Source: Veleropilina oligotropha
Lineage: Eukaryota
Reading direction: 5' to 3'
NCBI GenBank assembly: GCA_048128005.1
Contig: JBEUKZ010000006.1
Location: 248,001 to 312,000 of the forward strand
DNA length: 64,000 nt
A model generated the notes under the pieces. That model was not told the DNA's origin. It ran no database searches and saw only the letters and a list, made by a program, of their open reading frames with translations. Numbering within the stretch: the stretch's first letter is position 1; each line of letters opens with the position of its first letter. Below, piece after piece: positions 1 to 11,810 of this stretch. A program made the position numbers and the translations under genes.

Positions 1-2529
1 GTACCGGTATCTAAAAAATTTATTTTAAAACAATTGCTGATATAAGACTTACATAGAAGACTACAATGAATGGAGTGTGCGACGATTTTGTCTCAAGCAT
101 ATCTTCAAACCGTACATGCTAGCTTCACGAAACTTCATACACTCATTAACTAGGTTGAGTACTTGTGCCTTTTGCTATTTCAGGTTTCTGAAATTATTAT
201 TTTTACAAAAAATGGCGGATATAACATTGACATAGACTATAATGGAGGACGCTTTTGTCCGGAGCATATCTCCAAAACCGTACATGCTTCTCAAAGTTTT
301 ATTTTTACAAAAAATGGCATGTATAAGATTGACATGACTATAATGTTCGACACTTCTCACCGGAGCATATCTCCCAAACCGTACCAATTATCATAACAAA
401 ACTTGGTACACACACTTAAACTACTAGGTTAAGTAGTTATGTCTTTTGCTACTTTTACATTTCTGAAATATATATTTTTAAAAAATTGCTGATATAATTA
501 ATATTGACCTGGCCTACAATGATCAAAAACACCGAACAGTCTAGTGTGCATAATATTATTTTTAATTATGCTTTGCTGTATTGAAATTTAATTTTTGAAA
601 TGTAACTTTATTTCTTTTGTATTCTTATGTAAATATTATGTATGTACGATGAAAGGGACGTGCTTATCTGTAAGACTGACTCACCGTGATTAAGGTACAT
701 AAAGCTGTTAAGCTTATTCGTCACTCTGTGGATTATCAAAACAGATGAATTGAATGGATATTGAAAACTGACTTCCTCATTGATTTATTCCATGGGTATC
801 TTAAAATGGGATTGTATATTACCATTACCAGAACAGACTATGTCCAATGCACGTGTCTAATATCACTATCCTCAACTGACCAGGGTTCATATATTATTGA
901 ATCCCCAGACTATAGTCGGGGACACTATGGTTTAGTCATCATTTCGCTGAGCTTCTTTCTTGTTTTACAAGCACATTTAACAGTTTTTGTCATATTGTAG
1001 TCTCAACCTCGGTTTAATCTCACCCTTTGAAGGATCAGTAACTTGTTTGTAAACTATATCTTCTGTTAGTGTTAAGCGGTAGAATATGCCACGCCTTTCA
1101 TGAGTTGAGCAATGCAGGACTGCTTCATGAATAAAATCCGATATCCGTTTTGATATCCAAAATGTTTTTCAGTACAATTATCTGTTAGACATACATCAGT
1201 ATCATGACTTGAACTAAACGAGGTTTCATCTGAAATAGAATTTTGGCTCCGATTTGGTTTTGGGACGATAACTACTCTTCACAATGGGTGCTCATGCCCA
1301 TATTTGGCACACAGCTCGCTCATGAGGAGAGCATGCTTGGGATTGCATTTGAGGTCAATCGCTTAAAGGTCACGTGACCTGTTGCTAAAAATAGAATTTT
1401 GATTGTGATTTGCTTTCCAGTCGATAACTACCGTTCATATTTAGCAATCTTGCTCATATTTAGCAGGCAGGTTGTCTATGAGGAAACGATGCTTGGGTTT
1501 GCGCTTCGGGTCAATCGGTCAAAGGTCACATGACCTGTTGCTAAAAATAGAATTCAGAAAATTGATTGTGGTTTGTTTTCCAGACAGTAACTACCATTTC
1601 ATATTTAGCAGGCAGGTTGCATATGAAGAAAGGATGCTTGGAATTGCATTTCAGGTCAAGGGTCACATGACCTGTTGCTAAAAATAGAATTTCAAGCAAG
1701 GGAGACATTCCTGTTATTGTGTATGTTATTTTGGGGTTAGCTTATCTTACGTGGGCGAGGTCGTCAAGTGCTTGTTGGTCAATCTCAAAATGCTTTCATG
1801 GCACAGGATCATTGATGACTAATATCATTTGATTATGTCTAACACAAGACCAAGCTTTAATTATAGACATATTGTTATATGGCCGACTGACTGGTATACA
1901 CAGTAAGCTTAAGGCGACTTGTAGACTATGCTGCATCTGTAAGCGATCACTACCATCATGTCATGATCAGTTTATTGTCTTAATTTCTTTGAAGTTCTCT
2001 ATTTGCTCAATTTATTTTCATTTCAGATTCCGCATCTAAATTAACAAAAGAAGCCAACATGACGTACCAGTTCAACAAAATAGTAAGATAACTATAGCTA
2101 CTTGTTAAGACAATAACTAGTTTGAGCTGGTACTTATCATTCTCATTTCTGTTATGAAACACCATGTCAATAAAATGATTATTTTTGCACACACATATAC
2201 ACTTAATGATTTGAGAATATATCTGAATCTGAATTTTTATCCAGAAAACCTTGTGGGAGTATCGCGTGGAGAGAGTAATGTTGCTATAATGTTATTGTCT
2301 ATTTGACTTGAGTCTTGTTTTGTATGTATATATATATGATCTGATCATCAGGTGAGTTGGCATGTTGCCCATTGCTTGTGAAGGCCATACCGGTAACCAA
2401 GTCAACAATAGTACGGACTCGGAATTCATTCGCTTGGATGTTCTTTATAATAGGAGTCGGTTTGAATCCTCAGCTGGGAACTTCAATTAACGGTTACAGT
2501 TGTCCATACCTGGCTGACAACTCCAGGTT

Positions 2530-4200
2530 TTTATCGCACTTTTTTTGCGGGGGATATTAAAATGCAGTCGTCCATCTGTGCAAATTATCTTTTCCGGAGC
2601 ATATCTCATACAACGCTCGCTATAACTTTGCGAAAGTTCCTGGGTGTATAAAGTACTCGGTGAACTGGTGCCTTTTGCTAGTTTCGACGTCGTGTCAAGA
2701 TTATTAACAGAGTTATTTCCCTTGTTGTACATTCGTTAATGTTATCTTTTACGGAGCGTAGCTCATACACCACCGCTTGACATAACTTTACGAAACTTGC
2801 TGGATGTGACTGTCCTCGATGGCCCAACTGGTTAGGGCATCGGAAAAACGTTAAGTGGGACGGTAGGATGTGGGTTCAAGCCCGCGCCGGCCTGGCTTTT
2901 TCGAAGGCTAAAAACTAATAGATGGCATATCCATAATGTATGTCGGTCAGATCGGAGCGAGACCTTAAACCGGGTGTCCCGACCTCGATAAGGCTGAAAA
3001 AATGTCGAAAAAGTGGTCGTTAAACAAATCTACCTAGTAGTACATACCTACCTACTTGCTGGATGTATTCAGTAGTCTATGAACTGGTGCATTTTGCTAG
3101 TTGTGACGTTGTGCATCGATCATTAACAGAGTTATTTCCCTTGTTCTAAATTCGTGAAAATGTTCTCTTTTCCGGAACATAGCTCATACAATGCTCAGCA
3201 TAACTTGACGAACTTGCTGGATATATTAAGTAGTCGGTGAACTGGTGTCTTTTGCTAGTTGCGACGTCGTGTGGTGATCATAAACGGAGTTATTGCCCTT
3301 GTTGTTAATTTATTACTGTTCCCCTTTCCAAAACGTATCTCATAAACCGCTTGGCATAACTTCGGTCAACTGGTGCCTTTTGCCAGTTTCGATGTTGAGC
3401 GGCGATTATTAACAGAGTTACTGCCCCTTTTGTAAATTCGTTAATGTCATCTGTTCCGGAGCGTATCTCGTACACCGCTCGACATAACTTTACGAAACTT
3501 GCAGGATGTATTAAGTATTTGGTGAACTGGTGCTTTTTGCTAATTGCAACATTGTGCGGTGATTAATAACATAGTTACTGCCCTTGTTTTAAATTCGCTA
3601 ATGTTATCTCTTCCGGACCGTATCTCATACACCGCTCAACATATCTTTATAAAATTTGGTGGGTGTATTCAGTAGCTGGTGAACTAGTGCCTTTTGCTAA
3701 TTTCGACATTACGCGGCGATTAATAACACAGTTAATGCCCTTGATGTTAATGCTTTCTTTTTTGGAGCGTATCTTATCAACCGCTAAGCATATCTTTATG
3801 AAATTGGTATTAAGTAATTGGTTACCTGATGCCTTTTGCTAATTTCGATGTTTGACAGTTGTGAGATGAATATTAACAGAGTTATTGCCCTTGCCTTAAA
3901 TTCATTAAAAGATATGTCATAAAGTGCTTGGCTTATCTTTACAAAACTTGGTGGGTGTATTCAGTAGTTGGTTACCTCATGCCTATTCCTAATTTTGACG
4001 TTGCCTAGTAATGACAGAGTTGTTGCCCTTGTTATCTTTTCCTGAGCATATCTGAAATCACTTGACTATCTATTTGAATCTTATTTGTTGTATTCAGTAG
4101 TTGGATAACTGGTGCCTTCCCGCCAATTTTGACGTTGTCCTGCTATTATTGACGCAGTTTATTCCCATGTTATTATTTAAAACAACGATATTTCACTTAT
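2530..4200. mobile_element. HINE/Helentron-like element with ~145-bp internal tandem repeats (family 1)
   Basis: Repeated unit ...CCGGAGCGTATCTCATACACCGCTCGACATAACTTTACGAAACTTG...GAACTGGTGCCTTTTGCTAG...; same family at 52315-53330 and 63780-63950. Confidence 0.7.
2808..3053 (+). mobile_element. tRNA-derived SINE (family C)
   Basis: A-box-like TGGCCCAACTGG, B-box-like GGTTCAAGCCC, (TACC)n tail, 13-bp TSD ACTTGCTGGATGT (2795-2807 / 3054-3066). Confidence 0.8.
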
Positions 4201-5044
4201 TCTATTGTTTCAATATTAACATACACAGGGGTAGAATTTTAAATTTTTCAGGGCAAGGCCACTTTGGCCTTGGATTGGGGACAAACTTTGGGGGCACCAA
4301 GGCCAGTGAGTAGGGCACGAAGGCCAACATTTATTTCAAGGGCAGGGCACTAAGGCCACTATCAATTGACATAAGGGGGCGCTAAATAGGATTTATTTTA
4401 ACATGTAGTCAAATACATATATTGTATGAACGGCAAAATGTTTTGCATTGACTTTACATAAATAAGATAAAATAAAGATAATATGAAATACAGGTGGTAT
4501 TCCAGTTAAATCTATTCGTAAATATTAATTTTGTTGCTTAAAAAATACATCTCGACGCTCACCTTGACAGTAGCCTGAACAGACAGTGAAAAGTGAGAGA
4601 GTGACCATGTGTTGGCATTCGGTAACGCATGGTAAATCTATAAAACTTGCTAAACGATACATAAATGAACTATCAATGTTATTTACAAAGAAAGAATTAT
4701 TTACAACTTCGACTGTCCTGTTAACAAATTCATTGCTACCGTCATTCACGTAGTAATGGTCGAACGAACATCCCGCTGTCATTGAATGTCAACTCTCCCA
4801 CGCAGAAGCGTGATTTCGCAATCATACATGTCAGGGAGTATTCTTACTCTTTTCGTTGGAGAGTGCAGCACAGGGAGATAACCCAGTGTACGTGCAGGAA
4901 ACCGAAAGTACCGATAGAATATGAATGTATATTTGAGGACGTTAACTGATTAAATTTGAGTGAAAACCGGTATTAAAGCGTACTTTTCGATGTTTCCGTT
5001 ATCTATGTAAGTGAAAATATTCTTCAAAGGGGCCGCTTATACTT

Positions 5045-6092
5045 GTATATCGTTTCTCTCCAAGATCCTAGAGAAAGCAGTATCAGCCAGACTAAACCAA
5101 TACATGGATCAGAATCATCTGCACGACCCACTGCAGTCTGCGTATAAAGCTCAACACAGCACGGAGACAGCACTCACAAAGGTGCATAACGATCTCACAC
5201 GCAGCATCGACAAGCATGGTGTAGCAATACTCATCCTACTAGATCTTAGTGCTGCCTTCGATACTATCGATCAACAAGTACTATTGGATAGAATGGTGTC
5301 TTTACTGGGCATAGATGGAACGGTGCTACAATGGTTTACATCGTACTTATCTGGCCGGAAACAGTATGTTAAAATAATGGAATCGACATCCGTTACCATA
5401 CCGCTCCTGTATGGTGTCCCACAAGGGTCTGTGTTGGGACCGTTGCTCTTTCTGATATACATTCTGCCACTCCATCACCTTATAATGTCTCATGATCTCG
5501 AAATGCATGGATATTCTGATGACACCCAAATATATGTGACATTCACCAAACCGAAGGATCCATCTTATATACAGGACCAATGCCTAAAATTAGAACTGTG
5601 TTTATCCGAAATTCACACATGGATGTTAGCAAATAAACTCAAATTAAACCCCAACAAAACTGAAATTATGCTGTTCGGCACGAGACGCAGCCTACATTCT
5701 GTCAATGTGAAGTCCTTGTCGGTAGCAGGTACCACGGTGCACGTTACTGAGGGCCCCATCAGCAATCTCGGTGTTATGTTCGATCGCACACTCTCCATGA
5801 CACCTCAGATAAATAGAATCATTAAAACGTCGAGTCACCATCTCCGAAACATCGGTCATGTCCGTAAGTGACTGACAGAATCCACGACCAAGCAACTTGT
5901 ACAATCTCTGGTGATATCGCGCCTTGACTATTGCAATAGCCTGCTATGTGGTTTACCATCTGAAATTCTATCGAAGCTTCAACTCGTTCAAAACAAGGCA
6001 GCTCGTCTTATAACAAGGACCAAGCGTCGCGACCATATAACTCCCATTTTAATCAAGCTCCACTGGCTACCGATCAAGGACAGAGTAGACTT
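5045..6092 (+). mobile_element. 5'-truncated non-LTR retrotransposon (L2/CR1-group) reverse transcriptase remnant
   Basis: LDLSAAFDTID, GVPQGSVLGPLLFLIY, GYSDDTQIY, LKLNPNKTE, then SRLDYCNSLL...LHWLP after an in-frame TGA at 5869. Confidence 0.92.
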
Positions 6093-6192
6093 TATTGCTG
6101 GCTCTGTCTTCTTGCTTACACTTAATTATAATAGCAGGGATGTAGTGTTTAAATTAACGTTCCACCGGGATACGTCTTCTTCTGATGACTCG

Positions 6193-6285
6193 TGTTATAA
6201 TTAGCAGACGAGAGACATGACGTTTGTAAACATGGTGGTGTTATTCAAAATGGGGTGTACATAAAATACAGATCGCAACTTGACA
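6193..6285 (-). repeat. Gypsy 3' LTR (93 bp)
   Basis: TG...CA bounded; 85/93 identical to 11580-11672 by manual alignment. Confidence 0.85.
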
Positions 6286-9200
6286 TCGCTCCAACATTTT
6301 ATATTTAAAATGACATGCTGTGATTTATTTCAAACTGAAGTAATTATATTTTAAGTTATATGTCCATATGATAATGACAATTACCAATGTGGTTTATTAA
6401 ATTAAAGTTCCATTTCGTCAAAATATAGCATTTAAAGTTCGTATTCACGAAGTCTCGCGGGTATACGTTTGTCGCGCTGGGGGTACCGTGGTGGAGTAGC
6501 AGGAGCGGGCTGAGGGCAAATAGAGGTGTCATCTAATAGATCGTAATCAGAATCGGACGAATCGCGATGATCACTTTCGTTGGTGAAACACTTCAGGAGC
6601 TTAAAGAATGAAGAATTTCGAGTAACTGAGTGTTCGTTCCTGGTTGCAGTTATCATTGTCCCTTTAACATTTGAGACTGTGTACGGCTTGGGGTTGTACA
6701 GTGGGGACAACTTTCCGGTGCTCTTTTGGCGGATTAGCACTTTGTCGCCAATACAGATGTTGTTTTCTTTCGCGTTAGATTTTCGATCAGCATGTTTCTT
6801 CATGTTGAGTTTGGATTGGTTGTCTTTTGACTTGAGAATGATGTTGTTACAAGGTTTTGTAATTTCGGGAAGGGTAGTATGGAATGGTCGATTGAACAGA
6901 AGTTCTGCTGGAGACTTATCGGTAGACGTATGTGGTGTGGCACGATAGTTCCTCAAGAATGTATACAATTCTTATTTCCATGGCTTTCCCTCCACAGAAG
7001 CTGTACGAAGGGCTTTTACTAATGTCTTGATAAACCGTTCGGCATCACCGTTAGCTCTTGGCCAGTATGGTGTTATTTTGCGATGTCGAAATCGAAGGTA
7101 TTTAAAGAAATCGTGGAAGTCTTGACTGTTAAATGGAGGTCCATTATCAGTTTTTAGAACTGAGGGAATGCCATGAGTTGCGAAGATTTTGTCGAATATC
7201 AGTATCGTCGCTTTCGCTGATGTTGACGATAATCGCTCCACTTCAGGATATCATGAGTATTCATCGTAGACGATGAGTAGGTAGTCATTTGAAGGAAGAC
7301 CTGGTCCAATGAAGTCTGCACATACAGAATCCCATGGGGCGTCTGGGAGCATTGTCATGTGCAAAGGTTATCGACGACTGGAGTTTTCCGGGGTAACTGT
7401 TTGGCAAGGTAGGCAGCTGTTAACTAAGGATTCTAAGAGTTTGTCTATTCCAGGAAACTAAACTTTCAGTCAAGAGTTTCTTGGTCTTAACGATGCCTTG
7501 ATGACCGGATTGCGCGAGATTGCATATCCATTGTTGTAGAGAGGCAGTTATAACAATTTGTTCTCATATATTGAGTCGTCAGTACTTATGGTCAGTTCGT
7601 GATGAATGGCGGAAAAAGACTAGGTCTTTACCATTCGATTTGCTAGCTTGCTTTCGTTTGTAGACGGAATTCCACTTGTTTGATTTCGTAAGTTTGATAA
7701 CTGATTGTAGAAGCGGATCAGCTCGCGTAGCTTCCTTTATTTCTTCTAAGCTTACGGTTTTTGGACAGGCGTTCACTGTTGAGAAGTTGATGTGCTCTTC
7801 TGCGAGTGTTTCTTCATGACTAGATCGATCTGTCGACGAAAGAGGGTGTCTGGACATGAAATCTGCAGGGTTATTCATGCCTGGTCGGTAGATAAGATCA
7901 AAGGAATATCCTTGGAGTTTGAAAATCCACCTTTCAATGCGGGTCGGCGGTTTCGACATTGGCTTGCTGAACAAGGGAACTAGTGGCTTGTGATCGGTGA
8001 CTGCAGTGAAATGTCTGCCATAAAGATGTAGAGGGTTGTGGAGGATACCCCAGGTAAGTCCAAGTGGTTCTCGTTCCGTTTGGCTGTTGTTCGACAGGTG
8101 TCAATGAACGACTGGCATATGAAATTACCTTTGTGTCCGATCCATCTTTCTGGGTAAGTATCGCACCGATTCCGACAGGGCTGGCGTCAACAACGAGTTC
8201 AACTGGCTTGCTGACGTCATAGTATGCCATAATGCTATGTTCAGACAGTGTTGATTTAATGTTAGCGAAGGATTGTTCTTCAGCATGTGTCCATGTGAAA
8301 TCAACGTTTTGCTTGGTCATGTCATGAAGTGGTTTTGACATTGACAGGGATAAAACGAGAACAGTACTGCACCATGCCGAGAAAGCTCTTGATTTCACTG
8401 GCATTTGTAGGTGGTGTAGTATTTCTGATGGCGTCGACCTTCTTGGGGTCAGGGGACATGCCGTCTTTGGACAATATTAGTCCGTAGAACTCAATTTTGG
8501 ATTTGCTGTACTCGCATCTAACGTAGCTTCCAATCGAATGTCATGCTCCTCCTGTGTACGACCGTGGATTAAGATGTCATCACTGAGGTTTATAACACCA
8601 TTTGTTCTTTGGAGAGCCATTCTGATGTGATTTTGAAACAGTTCGGACACAGAGCACACTCCAAAATTCAATCATTTGTACCGGAAGAGGCCAATGTGAG
8701 TAGAAAATGTGGTCATATATCTCAATTCTCTAGCTGGTTCGATTTGGTGATAGCTAGCGTTAAGGTCGAGTTTGGAAAACACTGTAGATCCATTGACATG
8801 TGCGATTATGTCATCAATTGTGGGAATAATGTGTCGTTCTCTCTGAATTGCTTGATTGGGTGCACGCATATCGACACAGATGCGAATCTGAGATGGATTT
8901 TTGGGCTTGCTTACGACTAGGATAGGGCATACCCATGGTGTAGGTTCATCACCAACACGCTAAATAATGTCGAGGTCTAAGAGTCGTTGAAGCTCTTGAG
9001 CAGTGCGTTCGCGAAGAATCAACGGTATGCGTCGATGTAATTGGGCAATGGGGATTACTGTTTTGTCAATATGTAATTTAGCTTGTACACTTTTTAGTTT
9101 TCCAATGCCTTCGAATCGATCACTGAACTTAGAAACAATTTCAGAAACTTTTGAAGCATCTGAAGGCATTATGTGTTGTAAGATTTTCACGAGATCTAGA

Positions 9201-9834
9201 TCAACGCATGTTCGATAGCTCAATAATGTATCGCATGCCCCTTTCGTCACAAAGAATTCAGTCATCAAGCTTTTGGAGCCAACTGTAATCGTTGCTGCGA
9301 ATTACCTTGTATTGCAAGTGGTTGATTTGAATTGTAACTGAAAACAGACGGTAGATTCACTTTGTCCAAAGTAGGTGTGTAGTTCAGTGTCTGGAGTGTT
9401 GTGTCACTGATTGTGTTAACGGTAGCACCAGTATCTAAGACAACAAGAAGTGAGTGTCCATCAAGAGTAATGTTCGTAGTTGGATGTTTATCACTTTCTT
9501 TCGACGTTTTGTTTGTTGACATAGATTTCAAACCGAAAACATATTCGTCATCAGAGCTAAGATCCTGATTTGTGTTAGAGTCAGTAACAACTTGTTTGAC
9601 AGTTTTACGATTTTGGGGTTGTTTACTTTTCTTACGACAAACAGATGAAAAATGACAATATTGCTTGTGACAATAATTGCACTCGTTGCCTTTAGCAGGG
9701 CATGATTTACCAGGTGGGTGTGGAAATGAATAGCCACAGTTATAGCACTTTGATGTCGATTTGGAGGGTTGACCAGATGGTTTTGTTGGTGTGTTTTTAC
9801 CCGACGACATATTTTGGTTGGTTTTCTTATGTAC

Positions 9835-10835
9835 CGATTTATTGTAGTGTTCCCAAACAAAAAATACTAGCTCGTCGCAAGCTCGCAGCGAGCTTAATTT
9901 ACTAGCTAGTCGCGAGCTTGCGGCGAGCAAGTATTTGGAACGTTTTTGCGAGCTCGCGACGAGCACCCCGCAAGCCCGCGGCTACCGACTAGCTCGCAAA
10001 AACGTTCCAAATACTAGCTCGCAACGAGCATCCCGCGAGCTCGCGACGAGCACCCCGCTCGCGTCTCTAGCTCCAAGCATGAGAACTGTTATGCAAGTCA
10101 GTGATAATTAGTCCTTGGATCTCTGTTTCTGACTGGTCATTGCTTGTGTAGGGACTGTGCTGCAGCATTTGTTTGACCAGTGTCATGCTATTTGCAATTG
10201 AACAAACTGGTGTGAATGTAACTGTTGGTAAAGACATTTCTGCAACCCTCATAGTCTCTGTGTAGGTTTATGTAATATAACCAAGTAAAATTTCTGAAAC
10301 CAATTTTCAAATCCTGATCTTTTTAAATGTAATTTCGTTGATTTATTATATATTAAGATAATGTTGACCTTGTTTTGATGATAACTCCATCAGAGTCTTT
10401 GATAGGATAAAATTGTCATAGTTCAGCACGATGTATTCACAGATTATGTCAGTTTATTAGAAAAAGCTCTTCATCACAATTGATTGTCCTTTCTGCTTGG
10501 TCGTCTGATTCTATTTTACTTACATTGTCCTGTGAAGGAAATCCATTAAATGGTGGACTCGTATCCAGAATAAAGCTGCCATTGTTTGCATGATGATGCA
10601 GCTTTGTAATGACGCATATAATCCACAATAACTTGATTCAAGAGCGAATCCCCTCATCTGAAAGTTCTTTTATATGTTATGCAGGTAAAATCACAAAATG
10701 TAGCATCTTTCTTCATGATAAAATAGCATAATTAAGAGAAAATGTCAAGAGAAGTTCATCAACAAGAATGCTTCTGGTGGCCATCTTGGATTGAGAAATC
10801 ATCTTGTAGAGAAATATAAAGAAAAGTGGACCTGA
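9835..10835. mobile_element. ~1-kb insertion splitting Gypsy gag
   Basis: Flanked by ATGTAC at 9829-9834 and 10836-10841; removing it restores gag ...INAVH|KKTNQ...; contains GCTCGC/GCGAGC-rich inverted repeats at 9846-10070. Confidence 0.75.
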
Positions 10836-11579
10836 ATGTACGGCATTAATAGTTTCTGCTTTAGATTCGCAAGAAGTATCGATTGTTATGGCTTGTTTAT
10901 CCGACTGTTCTATAGCTTTAGCGAGATTTAGAATGTCTGTTAAAGTCATATTTGAGTCACGAAGTAGTCGGCGTCGTAATCGATTAGAAGGGCAACCTTG
11001 TATTATCTGATTTATAATTTCTCGAGACACATCGGGAAATTCACATATTTCTGATAATTTTCGTAGTCTTGTTGTGTATGCATCAAGGTTTTCATCTGAT
11101 GTCTGGTGCGTTTTTCGGAAAACGTATGTTTCATAAGCTGTGTTTTTCTTCAGGTTGAAATATTCGTTTAGCTTTTCAACCGTGCCGTCGAGATCGGTTC
11201 CTGTGTCCAGTAGTGTGTCAAAAATGTCACTGACCTGCTCGCCAGCATAGTGGAGAAGTAGTGCGCACTGACATTTTTTGTCTTGTATATCCATAGCAGC
11301 GATAAGGATATTAAATCATTTTAAGTATTTTGTCCATCTTTGGGACACAGACGCAGAGTCACTGGACATCGAATGTAGGGAACGATGGTAACAAACTTGC
11401 CATGTTAAGGTGAAGTAGATCACAGTGTTGTTTATGGGCAAAATCGAGAGACAGGCAAGCACATATTAGCCGCAAGGCAGTGTTCGATAAATTGTGCTGT
11501 ATGTAGTTCTATATCACTTACTGACACCATTTGTCCATTATCGGGTGGGTATGTTCACTCGTCGCCATTGAAATGATCT

Positions 11580-11672
11580 TATTATAATTAGCAGACGAGA
11601 TACATGACAATTGTAAACATGGTGGTGTTATTCAAGATGGGGTGTACATAAAATACGGATCGCGACATGACA
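11580..11672 (-). repeat. Gypsy 5' LTR (93 bp)
   Basis: Direct repeat of 6193-6285, followed on the minus strand by a PBS-like motif. Confidence 0.85.
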
Positions 11673-11721
11673 CCATGTATAGTATTTGTAGTATTTCTGA
11701 ATCTTGACACTTTTCTTGAAG

Positions 11722-11810
11722 GATCTGCCTCAAAGTATCAAGATCCCAGGAGAGTTGCATGTTGGTAAACAGATCATTTTACGAGGTCGCGTCGCTGATA
11801 ATGCAGCCAG
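11722..11810 (+). CDS. Galectin exon, CRD1 part a
   Basis: ttgaag|GAT...GCC AG|gtaag; DLPQSIKIPGELHVGKQIILRGRVADNAAR; 89 nt like the other a-exons. Confidence 0.88.

Larger units (their letters stand above)
6193..11672 (-). mobile_element. Decayed Ty3/Gypsy LTR retrotransposon
   Basis: 93-bp direct repeats at 6193-6285 and 11580-11672; PBS-like TGGCGACGAG at 11567-11558; gag (ALLLHYAGE, two CCHC knuckles), protease LDTGA, RT (KLDLN..YHQ, NLSDDILIHG), RNase H (VDAS) and integrase (TDNGPPF, YRATPH) in Gypsy order; many stops and frameshifts. Confidence 0.93.

Noticed and set aside
2808..2895. tRNA genes (also 13610-13710, 17172, 51206, 53335)
   Set aside because: Only A/B-box-like heads without a full cloverleaf; mostly joined to SINE bodies, several with TSDs.
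4921..5012. Candidate galectin first exon (ATG AAT|gtatat at 4921, or ...ATCTAT|gtaagt at ~5006)
   Set aside because: The strong GTAAGT donor gives the wrong phase for exon 11722 and the other donor is weak; this cannot be supported without transcripts.
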